Assembly (NCBI RefSeq): GCF_006345805.1
Contig: NC_043018.1
Span: 16,988,001-17,052,000, forward strand
DNA: 64,000 nucleotides
Source: Octopus sinensis
Taxonomy: Eukaryota
Direction: 5' to 3'
Positions 37,447-50,795 of this stretch are shown here, piece after piece. The translations under genes and the position numbers were made by a program. The notes beneath the pieces are model-generated. The model had not been told where the DNA came from. It saw nothing but the letters and a program-made list of their open reading frames with translations, and did no database searches. Each line of letters opens with the position of its first letter. The first letter of the stretch is position 1.

Positions 37447-37894
37447 TACAGGCTTAGCTGGATGGGGGTGCTTATCTCCCCTTTGTAAACATAAGGACAC
37501 AGGAAATGTGTCTAGGCCGACAGGAAGCGTTGAGGCATTCATGCTTTCTACAGTCTATCGGTTGTTTTGTTAGCCATTCAAAAATTACACATCAACTATT
37601 TTTTCAGCGTTATGCCCGTACTTATCCCTATACTACTGCTATAAATATATCAGCCAGGCCCAGTGCGTCGTACAACGGGATCTGTGACACTTCACCAAGC
37701 GGAGTCGAATCACTTGCCAGTATTGAGCACTAATATCTCTACTTAATTCTGCGTGCAGGCGCATGTGCGCCAATTACGCGTGCGCACACGTGCTTGTGTG
37801 TGCGTGTGCGTTTGTGCATGATGTATAGTACATCCATATCTAACGGCTATAGCTAATACATTTTTCGGTATATCGTGTATTTGTTTCTTTTTGT

Positions 37895-37909
37895 ATCTAT
37901 CTATCTATC

Positions 37910-37957
<48 letters not shown>

Positions 37958-38008
37958 GTCTATCTATCTATTTATTTATTTATTTATTTATCTATCTATC
38001 TATCTATG

Positions 38009-38076
<68 letters not shown>

Positions 38077-38093
38077 GTATCTATCTATCTATG

Positions 38094-38134
<41 letters not shown>

Positions 38135-38135
38135 A
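37895..38135. repeat. (TCTA)n/(TTTA)n microsatellite
   Basis: Directly visible. Confidence 0.95.
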
Positions 38136-38899
38136 TCATAATATATTTGGGACAGAATGTTTACATTTATATATACATACACAGGTGGATGGATGGGGTT
38201 TTTCCCCTCTGTTTTGGCAGATTCAGTCGTACAATACCTGAATTGCCTATCATTGAATAGGCCGACATTTGTACCGCACAATCAGTATGGGAGCAGCGTG
38301 CAGCAACAAAGCTATAAGATTAAAATTTCAGTTAGCTCTGAACCGACAGGCTGCTTTTTACGCTTTACCTCTGCGCAATGTTCCTCTCATTGTATCTGTC
38401 AACCCATTGCTTTATAAAAAGAAACTTGCCCAGTACCCCACACCGTAAAGTCGAACACCATTGCTGCAACAGAAACTACTTGCCTATTCTGCTAGACATA
38501 GATACACACTTCTGGGCAAAAAGAATCTTCGAAGAACTTTCTCAGCGTTTCTAATTCAGAAAACTAACTCTAGATATTAGATATTCTTTACTATACCTCA
38601 ATGTGAAGATGATGGACAAGCAGTTTTTCTATAACTCTGGCCAGAAAGCTTTAATGTTGTCGTAATTAGATTTTAGCGAACCCACTGTAAAACGCCTCCG
38701 TGTGACTGGCTGTTGTGGGCGACGAATGGTACCAGTTGCTGCTCTCGTAGGTCATTATATTTAACTATCTTCCTACACGTCGACTAAATTATGGAACCAC
38801 AACTAATTTATTGTCACTCGTCTCCTCACTGCTTGCTTACTCATATCAGGTATGCAGTATCCTGTGCTACATCAGCATTATCATCACGTGGACGCACAT

Positions 38900-39259
38900 C
38901 CATACACACAGACGCACACACACACACATACAATCGCACACACATACGCACACAATCGCACACACACACACACACACGCACACAATCGCACACACATACG
39001 CACACAATCGCACACACACACACACACACATACGCACACAATTGCACACACGCACACCACACACACACGCACACAATCGCACACTCATACGCACACAATC
39101 GCACACACACACACCACACACATACGCACACAATTGCACACACGCACACACACACACACGCACACAATCGCACACTCATACGCACACAATCGCACACACA
39201 CACACACGCACACACACACAATCGCACACACATACGCACACAATCGCACACACACACAT

Positions 39260-39292
<33 letters not shown>

Positions 39293-39315
39293 ACACACAC
39301 ACACACACACACACT

Positions 39316-39347
<32 letters not shown>

Positions 39348-39360
39348 CACACATGCAGAC
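38900..39360. repeat. (CA)n-derived minisatellite with a recurring ATACGCACACAATCGCAC motif
   Basis: Directly visible. Confidence 0.9.
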
Positions 39361-40726
39361 GCACACACAAACATAAATCTGCAACATGGTTATATATATA
39401 TATATATACATACGGAGCTCCGATAATCTATGATATCCAATTATGACTGTTATTGCTGACAGTTTGTCACGTGGTTTCCTCTGCTCAATCAGACGTAGGA
39501 TGATCATTGGTCTACAATGGACGAGAAATATCTTCAAGCTACCAACTCCCCCCATTACTTCTAGAGCAAATATGACAATTTCCTTTATTTCCGTTTTTGC
39601 TCTATCATCACTCATCTGCTTCATTCTTTGACAGGATCCAACTTTGTTGCAATGGTCTCTGAGAGCGACCGAAGAGGAAATGCAATTAATTGAATAATTA
39701 TAACGTGATTTCTATCTTGAAATAATATTTTTACCCAGCTGTCATGTTTAAGATATCTGCTTTAAAAATGTATCAGCGAAGAAGCATATAGTGAATCACA
39801 CCTAGCACTAGAAATAATAGTTAAATCTCCAATTTACACCATACTCTCTTCAATATTAGGACACAAACAGTTTAGACTTACGTATATTATGAAATACAGA
39901 TGCTCACGGTTGAATTGTTTGATGATAAGATTGCTCCATCTGGGCTAAATAACAGCATTATGACCAATATCACAGTCAAGAATAACAACAATTTTCTGAA
40001 CAAGAATTTCCATAGAAACACCTGAGACTGATTTCAATTGAGCGAATGGAAACTGAAGAACTGTTGTACTTGCGCTGTCGTTGTTGCTGCTTTCTCATTG
40101 TTGTTACTTTGATGGTTGCTGATATTTTAACAAAAAAACTTCAAAGCAAATTTGAATAATTCTTAACCAGAAAGTTTCAAACTCAGAAATTAATTTCACT
40201 TTCAAATGCTAATATCTCTAAACACTGTTGACAGATAGAATCTAGCCTGTGGTTCTTCCCCGATGCAATAGGAATGTTGTAGGTCTGGCAAAAACTTGAA
40301 GAAAGCTAAGTGAACCAATAGTTTAACCGAATCACCAATTACAGAAAGGCATACAGGGAATTTGAACTGAATTCCTATCAACTGGTCATCCAATACTGTA
40401 TCCATTGGATCAAATCACATATACGGCTGATCAAATAGGCTGGAATATATTACTGATGGAAGAGAGATAAATCTCTTCCTCAGAGCCTAGCTGAGTTGCA
40501 GAGTTTCGACTTAATATTGTGTATTGTTGTTGTTTTTGTTCAACTTAGCTCAACTTTGATGAGGACCTCTCGTAAGCAAGCAATCCTGTCTTAACATTCG
40601 TGTCATTTTATTTCATAGTTTATATATCGCGAGTTGAATTATCTAATGAATTATTTCTGATATATTAGTCTTCTTTTTAAAAGTGTTCGAATTAATTTGA
40701 GGGGCACATGGCTATTATTTCGAAAG

Positions 40727-40960
40727 ATTATGCTGGGTGTCAGTCAGCAGGTCATTCTCTTCAAGGAATGCAATTAGTGTCTTTCGGACTAATCGTTCCA
40801 TGACTTTGCTTATGTATATGGTCAGAGAGATATGCATATAATTTGTAACATATGTTGTAATGTCCCCTTCATAGCTAGGGCATATTATTTTCTCCTTCAA
40901 TTTTTGCCTGAGAACTCACATTTGCAAGAAAGCCCTGAAAAAGAAGCTGCAGTAGTTTTT
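40727..40960 (-). mobile_element. CR1/L2-type LINE RT N-terminal fragment
   Basis: LQLLFQGFLANVSSQAKLKEKIICP...NYMHISLTIYISKVMERLVRKTLIAFLEENDLLTDTQH corresponds to the conserved NYRPISLTS..SKVMERIV...FLExNxLLxxxQHGF block. Confidence 0.85.
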
Positions 40961-41789
40961 CAAGGGTTAGTTCGCATGATATATATATATATATATATAT
41001 ATGATCAGAAATTCAGAAATAATATGATTAGTAAAACCTTACAACCCATTCGCGAAATATGAAACACAATAAATACTTAAATCTTTATTCAGAGTTTTTA
41101 ACTCGAGAATTATTCAGACACACGAAATATTCAGTCCAAATGACTCTGTCTAATCTTGGTTTTTAAATGGCGTCCAATTACTGTTTAACCCGCTGTTTCC
41201 CACTGAAGTGTATCTAGGGTCTAATATTCATTGGCATTTCGAAAATTCTGTAATTTAGTAGCAGCAGCAGCAATATCTAGCATACTAATCCTTTATCCTA
41301 TCCATAGACTGCATTCTTCTTTCACACCTGATATGCCCTAACTTTCGCTATTTTCTGCATCTTGATCTCTTACTTCTTGCTATAAAGGACCCACTAATAA
41401 TCGCATTCATCTTTACCCGTTACAAAGCAGATAAAAGAATGCTTGTTTCAGTCCAAATATTTCTATATATCTGTATGCAACCTAGATTACGCAAGCAAAA
41501 CCAGTTGTGATTTTCGAATAGGCATCTGGAAGTACTTTCCGGAGGGACAATGCAAATCTTGTTTGTTTTACCAGCGAAACAGAATTCGTATCTAGGAAAC
41601 ACTATCATCATCAAACCCTTTTATACATGAGCAGTAGCGAACTGGAGTTCTTACACTCGATTTCAATTTTGGGCACCAATATAATAGAGGATATCTTCTA
41701 GTGAATTCAGTACCCTGTGTCTTGAACAGTTATGGCGGTTCTCTGTGAGTGTCTCATCAGAAAATATTTCGACTTCCAGTGTTTTGAAT

Positions 41790-42135
41790 ATAAGCGACGA
41801 CGACAACGATAAGTGATGACGACGACAACGATAAGTGATGACGACGACAACGATAAGTGATGACGACGACGACGATGACGATAACTGACGATAGCTATGA
41901 TGACGGCGGTGGCAATGAGAACAACACAAGCGACGAAGGATGATGACGGTGATGGTGAAAAAGGAGGAGGGGGGGTCGAGTTATACGATGAATTCTATGA
42001 AGAATGATGATGATGATGATAATGACGATGATGATGTTGATGATGATGATGATGTTGATGATGATGATGATGATTATGATGATGATGATGATGATGATAA
42101 CGACGACGATGATGATGGAGATGATGAAGTTGACG
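41790..42135. repeat. (GAC)/(GAT)-rich repeats, including three ~22-bp GACGACGACAACGATAAGTGAT units
   Basis: Directly visible. Confidence 0.9.
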
Positions 42136-42360
42136 TCAACAGCGTGAGTAAGTATTAATTAAATTCAATTACAATCAAACAAGAAATTAAAATTGTCGAA
42201 CAATCAGGAACAATTGTTAATTAATTTAATTTAGAAATATACAAAAGTTATTGTGTTTGTGAAGTGATTGAACAAATGATGGAAAACACACACAGAACCA
42301 CAAACACAGTTGAATATGCGCATATACATATACATACATACATATATATATATATGTATA

Positions 42361-42502
42361 TATACCTATAATCATATTTACATAAATACACATAGATAAG
42401 TGTCTATGCATGCATCTTCACACGTATATGTATATGTACATATATATATATATTATATATAATATATATATATATATAATATATATATATATACATACAT
42501 AC

Positions 42503-42546
<44 letters not shown>

Positions 42547-42691
42547 CATATATATATATATATTATATATATATATATAAATATATACCTATCATCATAT
42601 TTACATAAATACACATAGATAGTGTCTATGCATGCATCCTCACACGTATATGTATATGTAATTATATACTATATATATATATAGATATAAT

Positions 42692-42739
<48 letters not shown>

Positions 42740-42796
42740 ATAATCATATTTACATATATACATATAGATAAGTGTCTATGCATGCATCCTCACACG

Positions 42797-42810
<14 letters not shown>
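42361..42810. repeat. Three copies of a ~78-bp block separated by variable (TA)n
   Basis: TATACCTAT.ATCATATTTACATA.ATACA.ATAGAT.AGTGTCTATGCATGCATC.TCACACGTATATGTATATGTA at ~42361, ~42584 and ~42733. Confidence 0.9.
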
Positions 42811-42827
<17 letters not shown>

Positions 42828-42949
42828 ATATGCATACATACATACGTACACATATATATATATATATATACACACAGGACATACGCTAAGCGGTAAAATG
42901 AAATATATGGATAAACACACACACACACAGATATATGAGAAGATATTAC

Positions 42950-43184
42950 GGCGTCGAGCTGGCAGAAACGTTAGCACGCCGGGCGAAATGCGTTGCCGTA
43001 TTTCGTCTGTCATTACGTTCTAAGTTCAAATTCCGCCGCCGAGGTCGACTTTGCCTTTCATCCTTTTGGGGTCGATAAATTAAGTACCAGTTACGCACTG
43101 GGGTCGATGTTATCGACTTAATCCCTTTGTCTGTCCTTGTTTGTCCCCTCTGTGTTTAGCCCCTTTGTGGGTAGTAAAGAAATA
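42950..43184 (+). mobile_element. SINE family D, monomer
   Basis: GGCGTCGAGCTGGCAGAAACGTTAGCACGCCGGGCGAAATG...AAGTTCAAATTCCGCC...GGGTAGTAAAGAAATA. Confidence 0.95.
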
Positions 43185-44191
43185 TATATGAGAGAAGATA
43201 TAAATTCATCGGTTCGATTTCTAGATTGAGCTATCTATTGTTCTCTTGAGCAAACAATGTCATTCTTGTCAGTTCAATGAACCAGAGAACGACGGAATGT
43301 CATTTCATCATTCTCTGCTTCATTCAGCTGAAATGAGAATGCCCCAGATACAGTCTGCATTTTTCATTTTGCTGTAACTTCATTCTATCTTAGGAAAGAA
43401 TAGACTCGCTGAACCCTAAGATCTGTTCCTGTTTCCGTTTTATATATATATTATATGATTGAACGCCATGCATTTATTTCCAAGTAAGTTTATCTTAATA
43501 ATTCCGATGCGACTTTATCCTGTACTGCGCCCTCTCTCTCTCTCCCCCTCTCTCTCTCTCCTCTCTCTCTTCTCTCTCTCTCTTTCTCTCTCTTTTTCTA
43601 TCTGTCCCCTTTTTCTTTCTTATTCTAATTTTTTTTATCTCCCCTTTTCCTCCTTTCGTTGTTTTCTCTCTCATCCTATCTCTTATACTTTTTTCCCTTT
43701 CACCATTTTCTGTTTATCCCTCTCTCTTTCTCACCTTTCCTGCTTTACTCTCGTTGTTCACACGTGACCATCGACCATCTGTCTTTTCCTAACTTAAGAT
43801 TCTTTCTTTCGTACAGATCAGACGCACTCTTGTATGTCTCCTCTCCTTTCTCCTGTCAACGCTTGTTCATCCAGCGTTCGCCACCTCACCTCGTTATGGC
43901 TTAGCGGCCCTCACTGATTCCTTTCCACTATCCTGTTTTTTGTTACCAACTTTGACCCTCCGCAAATCCAAAATTTTATTTTGGACTGCGGGTACATCTT
44001 GTCATAGTTGCTCGAAATGTGGAGTAGATAACACCACATTTCTCTGACAACTGATGAAGGGTCGTTCTTTATGTTACTAGTCTTGTTTTTCCCTTTGTTA
44101 ATTTCGTCGTTCGCAAAAAAGTTTCGTATTCCATGATTTCGTTTTTCATATTTCATATTGTTTACGTTTTGTAACGTCCTGTACACATAGT

Positions 44192-44241
44192 CTTTTACTC
44201 TTTTACTTGCCACTTGAATGTAGCCATGCTGGAGCACTGCC
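44192..44241 (-). mobile_element. SINE family A tail fragment
   Basis: CTTTTACTCTTTTACTTG...GCCATGCTGGAGCACTGCC. Confidence 0.6.
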
Positions 44242-44299
44242 ATTATAATCATATATACATATATTTGTAGATATGTACATATATGTATGTATATTTGCA

Positions 44300-44367
<68 letters not shown>

Positions 44368-44475
44368 TAATATGATTGAACGCTACGTACCCATTTCCAA
44401 GTAAGTTTATCTATCTGTCTATCTATAGCTATCTTTCTTTCTGTCTGTTTGTCTATATCTATCTATCTATCTACT

Positions 44476-44506
<31 letters not shown>

Positions 44507-44509
44507 ATA

Positions 44510-44540
<31 letters not shown>

Positions 44541-44839
44541 TATATGCTCATATATATGCACATGTGTATGCATACATATGTATATTGTGTATATGCGTAT
44601 GTATATCAGTGCGTGTATACATGTAGGTATAGAAGCGAAACAAGTTTGTTGAAACGAATAGTTGAACAAATAATATATATATGAAAGAATTTTAGAAAAA
44701 TATTGTCAAAAGTAAAATGTAAAGCTTTGTATAAGCTTTGTTGTGTTAACTATTGGTTATCACAAAAGTATTAAAAAATATATATACATTCTTTGAGAAT
44801 AAGAAAATGTTAAAGACACTTTACAAGAAGTTATATAAG

Positions 44840-45050
44840 GTAAACTACAAATTGAAAAGAAAATAGAACAAAGCAGCTGTTTTACCTTGTATTTCTACAT
44901 TTCGGGGTGAAGAACACTTATTCAGGACATTCGGAAAAGTGCAATCACCGCTTCCCCGAATGTCCTGAACAATGTGTCTAAACCGCGAAATATAGAATTA
45001 CAAGGTAAGACTGCAACATTGTTCTGTCGCCTTTTCAATTTGTACTTTAC
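44840..45050. repeat. Imperfect foldback: 100-bp arms, 11-nt loop
   Basis: 44840-44939 versus the reverse complement of 44951-45050: about 78 of 100 identical in an ungapped hand alignment. Confidence 0.9.
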
Positions 45051-45639
45051 TTTGTACTTTCTCGCATTGCTTCGGCTTTACACGACTACATTCTTTAAAT
45101 TATACCTCACATTGCTTTAAACATGTATCTCCTTATATATATATATATATATATATCCAGGCCTATTTTCCATTTTTTAGGAAGGGCAGCCACAAAAGGA
45201 CACACACCAAGCATTTCATTCATTTCCCAGCTCACTGAGGCGAACCCCGTCTTATATTCGTATCTAGTCATAGAACGCAACCTCCGATATCAACAGCAGG
45301 GCTCGAGAGCATATGCTGCTTTGACCCCGCCGCTGCATGCTAGTTCCGTACACCGTTGAGCAACATCAGTTCATGTATGTAGTCATGTATATATGTGTGA
45401 CATAATTTACATACGATATACACGTCTCACAGTGATCAAGCTCTCTCACGGTTCATAACAAACTACAAGCAGCAGCAGCATCAGCAGCAAAAGCAACAGC
45501 AGCAATATCAGCAGCAATTTCCAGTCAAATAACCATGGGTAGATTAAGTTGATAATAGTATTAAAGACACATACACTTACACAGAACGACATAGGTGTTT
45601 CCATATATTCATGTGTGTGTGCATTTGTGCTTCCGTGAG

Positions 45640-45827
45640 TACACATACATACATACATGCATACACACACACACACACATACATACATACACATTATATA
45701 TATATATAATATATATATTATATATTATATATATACATACATACGTACATGCATACATACATACATACACACACATATATATATATACATACATACATAC
45801 ATAAATACATACATACATACATGCATT

Positions 45828-45900
<73 letters not shown>

Positions 45901-45961
45901 CATACATACATACGTACATACATACATACATACATACCTACATATATACATACATACATAC

Positions 45962-45996
<35 letters not shown>

Positions 45997-45998
45997 TG
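45640..45998. repeat. Mixed (CATA)n/(TA)n/(CA)n/(TATG)n microsatellite
   Basis: Directly visible. Confidence 0.95.
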
Positions 45999-46369
45999 TC
46001 TGTTTATAATTTTTTCGTCTTTTCAGTCATTGAACATCGATCTAAGATCAATCTGAGGAACAACCTTCAAAGGTTTTTATCGATCCCAAAACGAAAGAAC
46101 GTTTCAAAAGTTTGCTACTTAAATTATCGATAACTTTTTGTTGAAACGCTATATAGTACATAATACTATTCATAAATATTTATACACCTTTCAACATCAT
46201 TAAACACTATACTAAATATAACAAGAAGATTAACGCTTACCTATGCGCGATACCAACAAAAACAAAAATGAAAAAAAGAAAAAAAAGACGTCATTTTTAT
46301 CTCTGGAAGTAATACATGAAAGAGACCAAAGGCCGAGTTTGATACGGCATATAAAAGCAGAGTAGAATG

Positions 46370-46495
46370 GAATGATGATGGGAATGATGATAGATGATGA
46401 TGATGATGATGGATGATGATGATGATGGCGTGAAATGATGATGTGCATGATGATGATGATGATGCAATTTGTCGGGATGATGATGATGATGATGA

Positions 46496-46575
<80 letters not shown>

Positions 46576-46609
46576 TCGTGATGATGATGATGATTGTGAT
46601 GATGATGGA

Positions 46610-46641
<32 letters not shown>

Positions 46642-46815
46642 ATGATATGATGATGATGATGATGATTATGATGATGATGATGATGATGATGATGTGATGA
46701 TGATGATGAGGATGATGATGGTGGTGATGATGATGATGATTGTGATGATGATGATGATGATGATGATGGTCGTGATGATGATGATGATGATGATGGTGGT
46801 GATGTGATGATGATG

Positions 46816-46847
<32 letters not shown>

Positions 46848-47044
46848 GAGATGATGTCGTGATGATGATGATGATGGTGTGATTGTGATGATGATGATAT
46901 GATGATATGATGATGATGATGATGTGATGATGGTCGTGATGATGATGATGATGGTGGTGATTGTGATATGATGATGATGATGAGATGGTGATGATGATAT
47001 GATGATGATGGTCGTGATGATGATGATGATGATGGTGGTGATGT

Positions 47045-47077
<33 letters not shown>

Positions 47078-47172
47078 GATGATGATGTGGGGTGGGTGGT
47101 GATGAGGATGATGATGATGTGATGATGATGATGGTGATGGTAATGATGAAGATGATGGTGATGGTGATGATG

Positions 47173-47204
<32 letters not shown>

Positions 47205-47280
47205 GATGGTGGTGATGATAGATGATGAGATGATGGGATGGTGGTGATGATGATGATGATATGATGATGATGATGATATG

Positions 47281-47312
<32 letters not shown>

Positions 47313-47509
47313 GTGATGATGATATGAGATGATGATGATGAGGATGATGATGGTGATGATGATGATGATGATGATGATGGTGATGGTGGTGATGATGAGA
47401 TGATGATGATGATGGTGATGATGTGATGATGATGGTGATGGATGATGATGGTGTATGATGATGATCTGGTGATGATGATGATGAATGATGATGGTGATGA
47501 TGATGATGT

Positions 47510-47568
<59 letters not shown>

Positions 47569-47784
47569 GCTGATGGATGATGATGTGATGATGGTGATGA
47601 TGATGATGGTGATTGGTTGTGATGATGGATGATGATGATGATGATGGTGATGATGGATGATGATGATGAGGTGATGATGATGATAGTGATGGTGATGATG
47701 ATGTTGGATGATGATGATGATGATGGTGATGGTGATGATGATGAGATGATAATAATGATGATGATGATATAATGATGATGATGA

Positions 47785-47840
<56 letters not shown>
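46370..47840. repeat. ~1.4-kb imperfect (GAT)n/(GGT)n tract ending in (AAT)n
   Basis: Directly visible; the source of the 551-aa and 442-aa artefactual ORFs. Confidence 0.95.
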
Positions 47841-47931
47841 TTCCTAAATTGTACTTCCCCAAAACTGACGCTTTGAAGTCTGTCAGCAATTGCCAAAAAT
47901 ATTTTGGATTAAATGTGTACGTGTATGCGTG

Positions 47932-47962
<31 letters not shown>

Positions 47963-47997
47963 TGTGCGTGTGTGTGTGTATAATACACACACATATA

Positions 47998-48061
<64 letters not shown>

Positions 48062-48424
48062 CAGTACAAGATAGGACACAGTATTTCTGGAAATTAGTGT
48101 CCAAAAGCCTCGTAAACCTTAGTAAATTATATACAGTGCTGATTTCGAGGAAACGAGTATATAAAAAGTCAACTTACCAATAGTGAGTAAGAATCGCAAA
48201 TGAGTTTGCCGACCTACTAATATCACTTGTTTTGGAACCTTGTGATAAACACTTAATGCTGTATACTATGTCGTACCCTGGTTATAAATTAATAATTTTT
48301 TTTTGGGTTATTTTATGCTCACTAGCCACTTATATAGTTATTATTTATTAGGAATAATAATATCTTTATACACACGCACACAAACACGCACACCACACAC
48401 ACACACACACACACACATATTTAG

Positions 48425-48804
48425 GGAAGCACTCCGTCGGTTACGACGACGAGGGTTCCGGTTGATCCGATCAACGGAACGGCCTGCTCGTGAAATTAAC
48501 GTGTAAGTGGCTGAGCACTCCACAGACACGTGTACCCTTAACGTAGTTCTCGGGGATATTCAGCGTGACACAGAGAGTGACAAGGCCGGCCCTTTGAAAT
48601 ACAAGTACAGCAGAAACATGAAGTAAGAGTGAGAGAAAGTTGTGGTGAAAGAGTACAGCAGAGATCACCACCATTACTGCTGGAGCCTCGTGGAGCTTTA
48701 GGTGTTTTTGCTCAATAAACACTCACAACGCCCGGTCTGGGAATCGAAACCGCGATCCTACGACCGCGAGTCCGCTGCCCTAACCACTGGGCCATTGCGC
48801 CTCC
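48425..48804 (-). mobile_element. SINE family C, full length
   Basis: Reverse complement of the 33483-33865 element. Confidence 0.95.
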
Positions 48805-49729
48805 ACACACCATACATATGTATGTATGTATGTATGTGTGAGTAGAAGAAGAGAAAGGGATGTAGAAATTAACATAAAGCAAGTCCTAGTAAGGGACAGT
48901 ATGTATATTGGAGAGAATTGGAATAAGAGACATATGTTCTTTCCTCATAGATTTTCTTGAGAAAAAATATAAAGGAAAAGTATTCTTTTCCAAATACAGG
49001 TAAATACATACACACACACACACACATACACACACAGATGGGCACACTTAAATGCATACACACGTACACACTTAAACATAAACACGTCTAAATATGTTTA
49101 TGCATTGTTAGACAAACTTGCATGAATTATTCCGTCCATTTCTGTAAAGGTATTCTATTCAAGAATATCAAATATAGTTAGGAAGATCTAATTTCTCCGT
49201 AAAGTCATTCTTTCGGAATCCACATCCGTCAGACCGAAGACAAGACCAACTTATCGCATTTGGTACTAGGGGAAGAGATCTTCCCTTGTATGAGAGTTTG
49301 CGATTCACAACATTTCTCTGTCAGCTGCAGAATATTTCAACTGGTGTAAAAGTTCTCAGAAGACACTTCTGGTGAAATCTCATTTGCATTTCGATGCACT
49401 AACGATGAGAAGTCCAGAAATCAGATAATCGGTTTCGACGTATGAGGATTTGACCATTTACTCTTTCTTTGTCAGTCATAACACTTATGTCGAATGTGAC
49501 ATTTGTGTCCCGCCAACAATTTGCAATGAGAAGATGGAGGCAGTCAGCATTTTCAAACACTCTATATATATATGCAAACATATATATATATATATACGTT
49601 TAAATAACACTGAAGCAAAGTAACACCAAATATATAGTGCGTGTGTTTTTATTGGCTAAACTGGCAAAATGACCATTCCGAAATATAACATATATATATA
49701 TATATATATATATAATATAATATATATTA

Positions 49730-50795
49730 TCAGGAATGGCTATAAGTCGGTGTACCCATTTCTTTATTATTATTAGTAGGAGTACAGCGACTTATGGCCA
49801 TCCCTACTTTTCGAGAGATAAGTAACATTCTTTTTTATTTAAGAAATATTATTGTATTCTATATGACTATTGATTGCTAAATTTGAATTTATATTTTTTT
49901 TATTTGTTAATGATAATATAGATATGTACATTTATGTAATTATTATTAGTATATAATTATTATAACTGAACGTAAATTTTATAATATTAGTTAGTCACTT
50001 TGCGATATAGATCGTAAAAATGTTTTTGATTATAATAGTGATGATAATAGTAATAATAATTATTTAATAAAAATAGGTTATTTTTTTAATAAAAATAGGT
50101 TATTTTTTAAATTTTAATTTGAATTTTTCAATTCTTAAATTGTATTTCATAAATATATTATAAAGATATCTATAATATTTATGCAAGTACTAATGGACGA
50201 ATTTATTTTTGGTTATGTGTTTATACATTTCTTGATAGAGAAAATTTCAGATTTTTAATTACTATATTTGTTGTTTATAATTTAGATACTTATTTTTATG
50301 TTTTTATTATTTTATAATTATTATACGCGAACTAAAATCTAAAAACATTAATAGTGATTATTTTGTTAAATAATTTGTTAATTGAATATTGGAGTGTAAC
50401 TGAGTTTATATTCGATATTCGATAGTTTATTAATGAGAATAATAGGAATTATAATAGTTTATTCGATATTCGATAGTTTATTAATGTTTTTTTCAAGCCA
50501 AATTATATCTTCACAGATAAATACATCTTTCTTTTTTTTTTACCTAAAATATTAAATATTTTACATAATAAATGTGTTGTAGGAAATAATCCTAATATTT
50601 TAAGTTTCAAATTTAGTTAATGGTGTTTTTTCTATCAGAACTATATAGCAAATAAAATAATTTGATAGGTGAAGCCTTCTTCAGCAGGTTCACCTTAGCT
50701 TAAATATATATACACGAGGCAATCCAGTATATGCCCCGTGCTTATACATTCTAATTTTTCAAATCTACTGCGCAAGCGCAGCTTCTTGTCGCTAG
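49730..50795 (+). mobile_element. Candidate non-autonomous Helitron-like element (very AT-rich interior)
   Basis: A|TC at 49729-49731, subterminal inverted repeat 49732-49805, 3' hairpin CTGCGC-AA-GCGCAG (50768-50781), then CTAG|T at 50792-50796. Confidence 0.4.

Noticed and set aside
43817-44047. Acceptor followed by a signal-peptide-like open frame (IRRTLVCLLSFLLSTLVHPAFA...)
   Set aside because: It follows a long CT microsatellite that creates chance acceptors and hydrophobic codons; no good donor and no homology.
45296-45344. Hairpin + CTAG|T as a Helitron 3' end
   Set aside because: The stem is irregular and no matching 5' end or second copy was seen.
46241-47994. 551-aa and 442-aa His/Ser/Ile-rich ORFs
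   Set aside because: They are translations of a (GAT)n microsatellite, with no codon complexity or splice context.
49800-50650. NUMT (mitochondrial insertion)
   Set aside because: AT-rich, but I found no recognisable rRNA motif, mt-tRNA or open mitochondrial reading frame; only BLASTN could exclude a control-region origin.
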